Assembly: GCA_031409275.1 (NCBI GenBank)
Contig: JANNXA010000025.1
Coordinates: 1 to 23,617 of the forward strand
Source: Planctomycetota bacterium
Lineage (GTDB): Bacteria; Planctomycetota; B15-G4; SIAN01
Reading direction: 5' to 3'
Length of the DNA stretch: 23,617 nt
Shown here: positions 1-9,099 of the stretch, piece after piece
Layout of the letters: every line of letters starts with the position of its first letter
Numbering within the stretch: the stretch's first letter is position 1
Program-made: the position numbers and the translations under genes
The notes under the pieces: generated by a model
Databases searched by the model: none
The model's input: only the letters and a program-made list of their open reading frames with translations
Told to the model about the DNA's origin: nothing

Positions 1-2
1 CG

Positions 3-636
3 CTACGCGCAGGACTGCTCCATCCGCTGCGCCCAAGAGAGGCTGCGCCTCTCCTGGGTCCCCGCAGCGCTCAAACGGAGGCGACAACTACGCTGGCACC
101 TGGGGGGACCGTGGTGGGCATTCCAATTCGCAACGTCGGGATCGAGGATCACCGTCGGCGGCGTACTGGTCGTCGACGGCAGGATCCCGGACGAGATCCC
201 GAGCGACGTCAGCACGGAATTGAGGTCGCGCAGATCGAGCGCGGAGCGCTGCATCAAAGCGCGGAAGCTCGAAGGATGGCCGGTCCCGCCCGCGTTGTAG
301 TTGCGCGCGAAGTAGTGGCCGCCGGTAGCCATCGCTTCGGAGTAGCGCTGGAAGGGGACGAAACCGCCGGTGTCGGTGGCGAACTCGCCGGGTGCGAAAT
401 CAGGGGCGTTGTTGCGGCCGTCGTTCACGAAGTAGGAGGTGATGTTGGTCGGTGCCTGCGCTGCCGCAGCACCGCCGCCGGTGACGACCGTGAGCAGGGC
501 GAGGCCCAGCCGACGAGCGCGCCATCCTGCCGTCCTTGCGGAGGCTCGCCTTCGAGAGTGCCCCCCCGCACGTTTCCGTCGGCTCGCGGCGCGGCGACCG
601 CCGGACGATCAGCGATCCCATTGCGACTTCGTCCAT
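3..636 (-). pseudogene. Probable secreted protein gene with a frameshift near its 5' end (real or sequencing error); unknown function
   Basis: The frame of ORF 3..428 continues upstream as ...RRLGLALLTVVTGGGAAAA|QAPTNITSYFVND, a typical signal peptide. It has no in-frame ATG/GTG before a TGA at about 610. ATGs with good RBSs (525 after AAGGA; 636 after GGAGG) are one base out of frame. The C-terminus after HHGPP looks non-protein-like. Confidence 0.45.
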
Positions 637-655
637 CTTCGCCCCCTCCCCAGAT

Positions 656-700
656 CGCGACGGCGCGCGTGCCTGCTCAGCGCGGTACGGCGCCGTCGCG
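656..700. other. Stem-loop (11-bp perfect inverted repeat, extendable inward)
   Basis: CGCGACGGCGC (656-666) and GCGCCGTCGCG (690-700), lying between the HD gene stop and the ATG at 636. No U-tract. Confidence 0.45.
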
Positions 701-718
701 CCCCTTGCGTCGGTCACA

Positions 719-746
719 CGAGTAGCGCGTGCCGGAGCGCTGTCAA
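719..746 (-). promoter_or_regulatory. Possible sigma70-type promoter
   Basis: TTGACA (746-741), 16 nt, then TACTCG on the minus strand, upstream of the 636 ATG. The -35 is perfect and the -10 is weak. Confidence 0.25.
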
Positions 747-810
747 CCGCGGCAATGGCTGAGGGAAAACCCTGGCCCGCCTGCGTCGCCCGCACGCCGC
801 GACCGCTGCG

Positions 811-1371
<561 letters not shown>

Positions 1372-1390
1372 CGCGACGTCCCTCGTGCCG

Positions 1391-2884
1391 TCAGTGCGCC
1401 GGCAGGAGCGTCGGCCCCTGCATCGCTTCCAGCATGCGCACGACGATGCGGACGACGCGCGCGATCTTGTCGCAGTCGATCTTCTCGGGGTCGTCGGTGA
1501 CGCGGTGGTAGTCGTCGTGGATGTCGGCGAAGAGGAAGGTCACCGGGATGCCCAGTCGCGCGAACATCGCATGGTCGGAGCGCGTGTAGTACTCGTCCGC
1601 GCTGCCAAGATTCGGGAAGCCCTCTTCCGGCGCAAGCCGCTCGGCGAGCCGGACCATCCCGTTGTAGGCGGCGTGTTTCGAGGTCGGCGTGATCAGCAGC
1701 GAGTCGGGCTTGTTGCGGCCGATCATGTCGATGTTGATGTCGGCGACCGCCTTGGCGGTGCCCGGCAGCCACGGCGCGGCGCTCCACGCCTGCGAGCCCC
1801 ACAGCCCCTTCTCCTCACCCGAAACCCAGATCAGCATCACCGAGCGGCTCATCGGTCCATACGCGACCAGCGCCTCGGCCAGCGCGAGCAGCCCGCAGGT
1901 CCCCGAGCCGTTGTCGTCGGCGCCATTGAACACGCGGCCGTCGGGTGCCACGCCAAGGTGGTCGTAGTGCGCCGAGACGAGGATCGTCTCGTCCGCCAGC
2001 GACGGATCGCTGCCAGGCCAGAAGGCGCAGACGTCCTCGCATTGGACCTTGCCGTCGCCTTGCAGCGCCACGGTGAGCCCGAAGGTTGCATCGAGCTCCT
2101 GGCCGACGCGCGGCGGGGCGCTGCCGAAGGCCGCCATCAGCATCTGTCCGGTGCTCTTTGGCAGCAAGACGCGCGGCAGGCTCTTCGCCTCATCGGCGCT
2201 CGGCCACGACGGCGATCCGCGTCGCATCGAGTCGAGCTGCTGCGGGAAGATCTCTTCGTAGGCGGGACCGCGCGCATCGTCGGCGCGCACCATCACGGCT
2301 CCGACGGCACCCGCGGCGATCAGCGCCTCGTCGAGTCGGCGGCCGAAGTCGCCGCGATCCACCACCACCGCGAACTTGCCGCGCAGCGCGAGCGTCTGCG
2401 CGAGCTCCTCTTTGCTGCCGCCGCCGCAGAAGAGGAGGCCGGCCGAGAGGTCGGCCGTGGCGAGGCTGCGAGCGGAGAGGAAGAAGTCGGTCGCGAAGGC
2501 GAGCTCGTGGCGCTCGCTGCCCATCTGCAGCCACGCCTTCGTCTCGGGCTCCTTCACGCGCTTGAAGTCGAGCGGATAGTTGAAGAAGTAGCCCTCCTTC
2601 GCGCCGGGTTTGAGGCCGAGCCGCTGGACGCGGTTGCGAAGGAAGCGTGCGGCGAGGCGCTGTTCGCGGCTCGGCGTGTCACGGCCCGCCATGTCGTCGC
2701 ACGCGATGTAGTCGATGTCGGCCTTGATCAGCTCGGGACGCACGGCGTCGAGCGCGGCGTCGAGGGTGAGATCGCGCGAGGTGCGCGCCGCCGCGTCGCC
2801 GGGCTCGTTGCCTGCGGTCGCATGGCTCGCGATCGCGGCCACTAGCAGCGTTGCGGCTGCGATCCATCGAGTCGTCGTGCTCAC
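1391..2884 (-). CDS. M28 family metallo-aminopeptidase, secreted, with PA-like insert
   Basis: Likely start is GTG 2884 after AAGGAG (MSTTTRWIAAATLLVAAIASHA, signal peptide), 497 aa. Intact M28 motifs SAHYDHLG, NGADDNGSG, SGEEKGLWGS, NIDMIG, RSDH and DYH. Confidence 0.92.
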   Translation of the reverse strand: MSTTTRWIAAATLLVAAIASHATAGNEPGDAAARTSRDLTLDAALDAVRPELIKADIDYIACDDMAGRDTPSREQRLAARFLRNRVQRLGLKPGAKEGYFFNYPLDFKRVKEPETKAWLQMGSERHELAFATDFFLSARSLATADLSAGLLFCGGGSKEELAQTLALRGKFAVVVDRGDFGRRLDEALIAAGAVGAVMVRADDARGPAYEEIFPQQLDSMRRGSPSWPSADEAKSLPRVLLPKSTGQMLMAAFGSAPPRVGQELDATFGLTVALQGDGKVQCEDVCAFWPGSDPSLADETILVSAHYDHLGVAPDGRVFNGADDNGSGTCGLLALAEALVAYGPMSRSVMLIWVSGEEKGLWGSQAWSAAPWLPGTAKAVADINIDMIGRNKPDSLLITPTSKHAAYNGMVRLAERLAPEEGFPNLGSADEYYTRSDHAMFARLGIPVTFLFADIHDDYHRVTDDPEKIDCDKIARVVRIVVRMLEAMQGPTLLPAH

Positions 2885-2954
2885 GCGAGGCTCTCCTTCC
2901 GGTTTCTTCGGCCGGTTCTTTCGATCGGTCCGTCGGTCCGTCGCTCGGTCCGCT

Positions 2955-5126
2955 TCAGCGCCCGCCACCGTTGCCGCCGGGCGGCGGCGTCGCCGGCTTC
3001 TCGTCGGGCTTGGCGCCGTCTTTGGGCTTCTCGGGCTGCTTGGGGTCGTCCTTCTTCTTCGGGTCCTTCTTCTTGCCGAACGGGTTCAAGTCGCGCAGCC
3101 CTTCCGCCGCCTTCTTCGCGTCTTCGGCGACGTTCTTGCCCGCCTCCTTGCCGTCCTGCGCCGTCTCTTTGCCGCCGCCCTTCAGTCCGTCGAGCAGCTC
3201 CTTGCCGGAGCCCTCGAGTCCATCCTTCAGCCCATCCTTGAGAGCGTCCTTGCCGGCACCATCGAGCGCGTCTTGCAGCGCCTTCGCCGCCTGCTCCTGC
3301 ACGGCATCGGTGGCTTTCTCGGTCAGCGCCTCGCCCTTCTCCACCGCCTGCGCCTTGAGTCGCTCCGCCTCGGCGACCGCGCCTGCCTTCAACGCGTCGG
3401 CGCGCCGCAGCGCTTCGTCCTTCACCTTCTGCCCGAACTGCGCGAAGCCGCCCTTCAGCAACGAGTCGGCGAGACCGTCGAGCTCGACCCGCACGCGCGG
3501 GTTGTCCAACGCTCCACGCACGACCAGCGGGATCGCGAGTTCCTTCACCGCCGTCGCGCCGAGCTGGCCGAGGTTCAGCGTCGAGTCCTTCACGGTCACC
3601 GCGAAGGCCTGGTTGAACGTCGGCTCATGCAGCGCATCCCAGCCCAGCCGGAAGCCGGTCTGCAGGGTGCCTCCCTCGAGCGGCTTGACCCCCGTTCGCG
3701 CGGCGAGCGGCGCGGTGATCAGCTCGGTGGGCAGATTGGCGATCTGCACGTCGAGGAAGCTCTGTCCCGGCACGCGCGCTTCGCCGGCGAGGCTCGCGTC
3801 GAAGGAGTAGCGGCCGTCGCGCGTCTTCAGCGTCACGCGCGGCGCGCCGTCGACGAGGCTCGGATTGCTGGAGAGGTTCTCGATGTGGAGGTCGATCAGC
3901 GTCCCGAGCGAGTCGCTGACGATCCCCTCGACCACGAGTTCGCCGATCTGGACCAGCGGCGCGCCGGTGATGAGGTGGTTGGCGGCGACGTTGCCCCAGC
4001 CCTTCTCGCGCGCTTCGCGCTCGAGCCGCTCGCGCAGCGTCTCCTTGTCCTCGGCGGAGGCGGGGCGCTTGATCTTCGCCAGCCACTCCTTGGCCTGCTT
4101 CAGCCGTTTCTCCCACACTTCCCCCTGCTCGAGCCACTGGTCGATCGTCTTGTCGGCAGCGGGGTCTGTCGTCGGTTCCGGCGGCGACGGTTCGACCGGC
4201 GGCGCGGTGCGAGTCGCGGGCGTCGCGCGCAGCGCGCCATGGCGCGCCTCGCTGACCACGAGGCGGTCGATCTTCAAGCGGCGCGAGAGCAGCTCGCTGC
4301 CGGAGAGGTCGCCTTCGAGGTGCGCGGCGCGGAAGAGGTCCTGCGTCAGCTCCTCGGAGTCGGCGATCGCGAGGTCATGCAGCGCGATGCGGTTGTTGTC
4401 GAGGTCGAGTTCGAGCCGGCCGAGGTCGACGGTTGCGCCGTTGGCCGATTCGAGACCGCCGCGGAGCGACTCGCGCAGCATCGGACCGCTGAACTTGCCG
4501 GCGCCGTACCAGATGCCGGCGATCACGGCGACGGCGACCACGATGCCGGCGATGCGCACCGGGTTGCCGAACCGCTTGCCGATCAGCTTCTGGTAGCTGT
4601 CCCACTGGTGGCGCGGGCCGAACAGCACCCAGAACAGGAAGCGCACCAGCGGGTTGCCCTTGTTGCGCTGATAGAAGCTCGACTTCTCTTCGACGCGCGT
4701 CATGGTCGCGCGGAAGCGTTGCATCGGGAGGCTCACGGCGAAGCCGGAGACGATGCCGAACAGCAGTCCGAGCACGAGGCCGCCGCTGCAGGCGTACCAC
4801 TCCAAGCCGCAGTAGGCGAAGACCGGGGCGTTGATGAGGTCGCGGAAGAAGGCGCTCGGCGGTCCGTCGAGCAGCCAGCGGCCGACGCCGAACGACACGC
4901 CCATCAGCGCCAGCGAGGCGAGCTTCGCCGCCAGACCGATCAGGCCGGCGACGGCGAGATTCGCGTTGAAGATGAACAGCAGCAGCGTCAGGCCGATCAC
5001 CGTGGCTGGCGCGCGCGTGAAGCTCGGCACGAAGCCGAGCATGGCGCCGAACAGGCAGGCGAGGTGGATCTGGAACGGAGTGGCGGCGCCGCGAAGCACC
5101 TTGCCGATCTTGCGGAGCAGGAACAT
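2955..5126 (-). CDS. TIGR03546-like membrane domain fused to a TIGR03545/AsmA-like periplasmic region, with a Lys/Asp/Pro-rich tail
   Basis: 723 aa. The N-terminus (KIGKVLRGAATPFQIHLACLFGAMLGFVP...IFNANL...VGRWLL) resembles TIGR03546. After a TM segment come LESANGATVDL...IALHDLAIAD...LLSRRLKIDRLVV, which resemble TIGR03545/AsmA N-termini. Confidence 0.7.
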   Translation of the reverse strand: MFLLRKIGKVLRGAATPFQIHLACLFGAMLGFVPSFTRAPATVIGLTLLLFIFNANLAVAGLIGLAAKLASLALMGVSFGVGRWLLDGPPSAFFRDLINAPVFAYCGLEWYACSGGLVLGLLFGIVSGFAVSLPMQRFRATMTRVEEKSSFYQRNKGNPLVRFLFWVLFGPRHQWDSYQKLIGKRFGNPVRIAGIVVAVAVIAGIWYGAGKFSGPMLRESLRGGLESANGATVDLGRLELDLDNNRIALHDLAIADSEELTQDLFRAAHLEGDLSGSELLSRRLKIDRLVVSEARHGALRATPATRTAPPVEPSPPEPTTDPAADKTIDQWLEQGEVWEKRLKQAKEWLAKIKRPASAEDKETLRERLEREAREKGWGNVAANHLITGAPLVQIGELVVEGIVSDSLGTLIDLHIENLSSNPSLVDGAPRVTLKTRDGRYSFDASLAGEARVPGQSFLDVQIANLPTELITAPLAARTGVKPLEGGTLQTGFRLGWDALHEPTFNQAFAVTVKDSTLNLGQLGATAVKELAIPLVVRGALDNPRVRVELDGLADSLLKGGFAQFGQKVKDEALRRADALKAGAVAEAERLKAQAVEKGEALTEKATDAVQEQAAKALQDALDGAGKDALKDGLKDGLEGSGKELLDGLKGGGKETAQDGKEAGKNVAEDAKKAAEGLRDLNPFGKKKDPKKKDDPKQPEKPKDGAKPDEKPATPPPGGNGGGR

Positions 5127-5300
5127 TCGTGGGTTCCAGTAAGAAGCGGCTGTCGCCGCGGAGCGCCACGAGCAAGCCGCCTGCGGCGCTTCCGGTCAAG
5201 AGGGAGTTGCCGCGCCGACGGCGGGCGATGGCATGCTGTGCCGCTCGCCGCGGTCGTCGAGGTGTGCCGACGGTGCGGCCAACGGGCAGGGCGGCGTTCG

Positions 5301-6011
5301 ATGATCCACAAGTTGCCGTGGTGGGTGGGGGTTGGCGGCGCGGTGCTGGCGTTCATTGCCGGGATCGTGAACGCGGTCGGCTTCGAGAGCTTCAGCCATC
5401 AGGCGGTCACCCACCTGACCGGCACCACGACGCAGCTCGGGATCGCGCTCGCGCACTCGCAACACGCGGTCCTCCCGCACCTGCTGCTGATGATCGGCTC
5501 CTTCTTCTCAGGGGCGGTGGTGAGCGGCGTGGTGATCCACGCGCAGACGTTGAAGCTCGGCCGACGCTATGGCGCGGTGCTCGCCTTCGAGTCGCTGCTG
5601 CTGCTGATCTCGGTGGCGTTGCTGCGGCGCGGTTCGCTCGCGGGCGAGTACGTCGCGTCGGGCGCGTGCGGTCTGCAGAACGCGATGGCCAGCATGTACA
5701 GCGGCGCGATCCTGCGGACGACGCATGTCTCCGGCATCATCACCGACCTCGGAGTGTTGGTGGGCCACAAGCTGCGCGGCGACCGGGTGGAGTGGCGGCG
5801 CGTCTACTTGCTGGGGCTCCTGCTGCTCGGTTTCTTCGTCGGCGCGATCAGCGGTGCGCTGCTGTTCGGCCGCTACGACTACGGAGCGCTCTACGTGCCG
5901 GCGGCGCTGACCGGCTTGATGGGCCTCGTCAATCTCGTCATGCGCTACGTCGCGCTCGCGCGTTTGCGGGCCGCTCGGGATCGCTTGTCGCAGGAGCGTT
6001 CCGCGCCGTGA
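5301..6011 (+). CDS. DUF1275 / YoaK family membrane protein
   Basis: ATG 5301, 236 aa, multi-TM. Motifs LAFIAGIVNAVGF...VTHLTGTTT and GLQNAM...RTTHVSGIITDLG. Only the 3' end of track ORF 2715..6011 is real. Confidence 0.9.
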   Translation: MIHKLPWWVGVGGAVLAFIAGIVNAVGFESFSHQAVTHLTGTTTQLGIALAHSQHAVLPHLLLMIGSFFSGAVVSGVVIHAQTLKLGRRYGAVLAFESLLLLISVALLRRGSLAGEYVASGACGLQNAMASMYSGAILRTTHVSGIITDLGVLVGHKLRGDRVEWRRVYLLGLLLLGFFVGAISGALLFGRYDYGALYVPAALTGLMGLVNLVMRYVALARLRAARDRLSQERSAP

Positions 6012-6907
6012 TCCACCACGAAGGGACGCTCTATCGCCCGCCGTCGGAAGCGGACTCCCTGATCCTGCAGGCGACGATCGGCTGCTCCTACAACGAGTGC
6101 ACCTTCTGCGGGATGTATCGCGACAAGCGCTTCCGCGTGCGGCCGCTGGCGGAGCTGGTCGCGGAGATCGAATGGGCGCGCCTCCATGCGGGGCCGGTCC
6201 GCAAGGTCTTCCTTGCCGATGGCGACGCCCTGGTCGCACGGGCGGCGTTCCTGGGCGAGGTGTTGCGCGCGCTGCGGAGCGCCTTCCCCGACCTCGCGCG
6301 CGTGAGCTGCTACGCCTCGCCGCAAGCACTGCAAGTGAGAACCGTCGCCGAGATGGCCGAGCTGCGTGAGCTCGGCTTGACGACGTACTACGTCGGCCTC
6401 GAGAGCGGCCACGACGAGGTGCTGGCGCGCCTGAAGAAGGGAGTCGACGCGGCCGAGCTCGCGCGCGTCTGCGGCAAGGCGTCTGCGGCCGGCGTGAAGC
6501 TCTCCACGATGATCCTGCTCGGCGCGGGCGGGCGCGAGCGCGCGGGCGACGGCAAGCCCGGCTCGCTGGCCCATGCGCGCGCGAGCGCGGCGTTGGTCAA
6601 CGCGATCGCACCACGTTTCGTGAGCACGCTGGTGATGACGCCAGTCGAAGCGACGCCGCTGTGGGACGAGGCGGTTCGCGGCGAGGTCGAGGAGCTCACG
6701 CCGATCGAGCTGGCGCGCGAGCTGCGCGAGTTCCTCGCCGCATTGGCGGTCGACGGCTGCGTCTTTCGCAGCAACCACGCCAGCAACTGGCTGGCGCTGG
6801 CGGGCACCCTGCAGAAGGATCAGGCGCGGCTGGTCGCGCAGCTCGACACCGTGCTGGCCGATCCGACGCGCGCGCGCTTTCGTCCGGAGTGGTTGCGCGG
6901 GCTGTGA
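6008..6907 (+). CDS. Radical SAM protein (YRPPSEA-type N-terminus)
   Basis: GTG 6008 overlaps the upstream TGA (GTGA). 299 aa. CSYNECTFC (CxxxCxxC), FLADGDAL, YVGLESG and FRSNHASN. Confidence 0.92.
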   Translation: MIHHEGTLYRPPSEADSLILQATIGCSYNECTFCGMYRDKRFRVRPLAELVAEIEWARLHAGPVRKVFLADGDALVARAAFLGEVLRALRSAFPDLARVSCYASPQALQVRTVAEMAELRELGLTTYYVGLESGHDEVLARLKKGVDAAELARVCGKASAAGVKLSTMILLGAGGRERAGDGKPGSLAHARASAALVNAIAPRFVSTLVMTPVEATPLWDEAVRGEVEELTPIELARELREFLAALAVDGCVFRSNHASNWLALAGTLQKDQARLVAQLDTVLADPTRARFRPEWLRGL

Positions 6908-6934
6908 CGTCGCACGCGAAGATCGCGGCCCGCG

Positions 6935-8275
6935 CTACTGCTTGACGGGCGGTGTCGTCCAGCGGCCGTCGACCTTCACGTGGCCGAGCAGTTCGTGCGC
7001 CTTCGCGTGCTGCGGATCGAGCGCGAGCGCCGCCTCCGCATGCTGGCGGGCGCGGTCGCTGAGGCCGTTGGCCCTGCACCACGCGGCGAGCGCCGCCTGC
7101 GCGTCCGCGCTGCCCGCCTCGAGCTTCTTCTTGCGCCCGAGGTAGTCGATCTGCGGATCGTCGACGTGCCGGCTGCGCAGCGAATCGCCGCCGCCGAAGT
7201 TCTGGGTGAAGAGGCTGCCGGGAAAAAGGCCGGCGCGTCCGACGCCGAACTGCTGATGGCCGCCGAGGAAGTTGCGGTGGTGGCCCGATGAGGTGTACCA
7301 GCCCTGGAAGGCGCCGACGCCATCGCCTGCGCCGGCGATGTTCTCGCCGCTCGCGCTGTGGTAGCCCTCGTGCGCGCAGCGAGCGCCGAAGCTCGCGTTC
7401 GCCGCGACCGGCGAGGTGTGGTCGAAGTAGCGGAGCGCCTCCATCTCTTCGCTGTGCTTGCGCGCCGCGCGGACCAGCCGCTCGTCGATCTCCAGGAGCG
7501 CGCGGCCCATCATCAAACGGTAGGCGTTGGTCGCGTCCATGCAGGCACGTTCCGACTCGTCGGCCGAAGTGAGCATCTCGTCGGCATGCCACGCGGCGAC
7601 GGCGACGTTCCAGTCGTGCTGCGTGCCGTTGATCCCCATCGACTCGCGCTCGAAGCGCGGCGTGAAGGTGTCGAGCCATGCGTTCACATCGGCGAGCGCC
7701 GAAGGCGGCGCGGCGCCGCACGCCTCGGTGTAGACCACCGCCTCTTCCATGGCGGCAGCGAGCTGCTCGACCTCCGGCTCAAGTTCGCGCAGGAAGACGG
7801 CGGGGCGCTCCCACACCGCGCGCACCGCGGCGACGAGGCGATCGACTTCGGGCTGCCCGACCGCGCCGTGGTTCTCGTCGGGGTAGCGCACCGGATCGAA
7901 GATGCAGGCGAGCGCCGCGGCGCGCCGCTCGCCGAGCGCCTCCTCGACCTTGCGGCGCGCGCGCGCGAGCTCGCTCCCCTTCAAGCGCTCTTCGAGGCTC
8001 TTCTGATCGCGAGCGAGCTTCGCGAGGAGGATCGGCTTCAGCGTTGCTGCGCCCGGTTCGCCGAGCGCCACAAGCCCTTCCCACGCTGCGAGCCGCCGCT
8101 TGTCCTGCGAGTCCTTGGCGTCGCGGGCGAGCAGCTTGAGGCGCGTGGCGAGCGGAACCTCGGGCACGGCGGCGGGCGGCCTGGTCTGCGTCGGAAGAGC
8201 CGCGAGCAGCAGCGGCGTTCCGGTGAGCCAGGCGAAGGCGACGAAGGTGAGGGAGGCAAGGAGGCGACGTGGCAT
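6935..8275 (-). CDS. Secreted CAP/SCP-domain protein with helical N- and C-terminal extensions
   Basis: ATG 8275 (MPRRLLASLTFVAFAWL...), 446 aa. CAP motifs TNAYR, AARKHSEEM, YFDHTSP, GENIA, WYTSSGHHRNFL, GVG and TQNFG. Confidence 0.85.
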   Translation of the reverse strand: MPRRLLASLTFVAFAWLTGTPLLLAALPTQTRPPAAVPEVPLATRLKLLARDAKDSQDKRRLAAWEGLVALGEPGAATLKPILLAKLARDQKSLEERLKGSELARARRKVEEALGERRAAALACIFDPVRYPDENHGAVGQPEVDRLVAAVRAVWERPAVFLRELEPEVEQLAAAMEEAVVYTEACGAAPPSALADVNAWLDTFTPRFERESMGINGTQHDWNVAVAAWHADEMLTSADESERACMDATNAYRLMMGRALLEIDERLVRAARKHSEEMEALRYFDHTSPVAANASFGARCAHEGYHSASGENIAGAGDGVGAFQGWYTSSGHHRNFLGGHQQFGVGRAGLFPGSLFTQNFGGGDSLRSRHVDDPQIDYLGRKKKLEAGSADAQAALAAWCRANGLSDRARQHAEAALALDPQHAKAHELLGHVKVDGRWTTPPVKQ

Positions 8276-8340
8276 CGGCTCTGGTTCTAACCGTCGATGC
8301 AGCCGCCGCGCGCGCGCGGCGGCGCTCTCGGGACGGGCTC

Positions 8341-8631
8341 TCAGTCGAAGTGAACGGTGAACCCGTCGCCGCCGCAAGCGCCGTTCTGCGACGACAGCCA
8401 GATCCAGCCCACGAACAGCGCCGCGTCGAGCGCGACCGTGACCGGGGTCAGCGCGACCGCGGCGACGGTGCCGCCGTCTCTCCAATCGAGGTCGCCGTCG
8501 CGGTGGTGATCGGGCAGCTCCTTCCACATGCTGACCGTGACGCAGCTGCTCGCGGCGAGCGGGGTGCAGCACGCCGTGACGAGCGCGACCCTGCAACCGA
8601 TCCGGGCGAACGACGTTCGACGGCTGGCCAT
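8341..8631 (-). CDS. Small putative lipoprotein (YceK/YidQ-like)
   Basis: 96 aa from ATG 8631. Basic N-region, hydrophobic stretch, LAASSC lipobox-like site and LTPVTVALD motif followed by a hydrophobic helix. Confidence 0.6.
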   Translation of the reverse strand: MASRRTSFARIGCRVALVTACCTPLAASSCVTVSMWKELPDHHRDGDLDWRDGGTVAAVALTPVTVALDAALFVGWIWLSSQNGACGGDGFTVHFD

Positions 8632-8805
8632 GACTGCGCTGCGCTCCCGACGGCCACGGACATGACATGCCCTTCGAAGAGGAGCCATGGCAAGTGCGGG
8701 GCCGTCGATGGGCGCCGGGGAATCACGACGCTGGCGCGTAGGTCGCTACGCGCCAGCGGATCTCGCTCGATGCCGAAGGCGGCCGACCGGCCGCCGCGCG
8801 TCTCA

Positions 8806-8892
8806 TCACGTGCCGCAGGAAGCGCAGATCAGGAGAAGCGGCAGCGCCCCGAAGAGGAGGCGGAAGGCGAAGCGGCGCATCGGCTGGGTCAT
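8806..8892 (-). CDS. 28-aa ORF that is essentially a lipoprotein signal peptide (micropeptide or truncated lipoprotein gene)
   Basis: AAGGAG, 7 nt, ATG; MTQPMRRFAFRLLFGALPLLLICASCGT then TGA TGA. Not in the supplied ORF track. Confidence 0.5.
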   Translation of the reverse strand: MTQPMRRFAFRLLFGALPLLLICASCGT

Positions 8893-9022
8893 GGGTCCAC
8901 TCCTTGTGGGAATGCACCTGAAGTCGGTAGGCGCCAGGTCGATCTGCAGCAGTCGCCGCGCGTCGCGCTCGCGAATCCGCTTCCGATCGACGAGTCCGGC
9001 CTCGCGCCCCTGGCGCGGGCGC

Positions 9023-9060
9023 GTCGGTCGGAGGGGCGCGCTTCGTACCCTCCGACCGAC
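9023..9060. terminator. 13-bp perfect stem-loop downstream of the propeller gene (terminator-like, no U-tract)
   Basis: GTCGGTCGGAGGG (9023-9035) and CCCTCCGACCGAC (9048-9060), 12-nt loop, about 40 nt past the stop at 9100. Confidence 0.55.
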
Positions 9061-9099
9061 ACGACTCCGATTCGTCTCAGCTGCGTTGCACGGCCGTGA

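Noticed and set aside
2926..2953. Short CGGTCCGT tandem motif between the TIGR03546-like and M28 genes
   Set aside because: Only two to three copies of 7-8 bp in GC-rich DNA, so not distinguishable from chance.
2715..5300. N-terminal 860 codons of the 1098-aa plus-strand ORF
   Set aside because: Antisense shadow of the 2955..5126 gene in high-GC DNA. Only the part from ATG 5301 looks like a protein.
5190..5300. yybP-ykoY or fluoride riboswitch upstream of DUF1275 (AAGAGGGAGTTGCC; GGCGATGG)
   Set aside because: Only short partial matches; the downstream conserved elements were not found. An Rfam scan would be decisive.
8746..8808. Selenocysteine readthrough of TGA TGA in the micro-ORF
   Set aside because: The readthrough product is short and non-protein-like, with no selenoprotein context or convincing SECIS.
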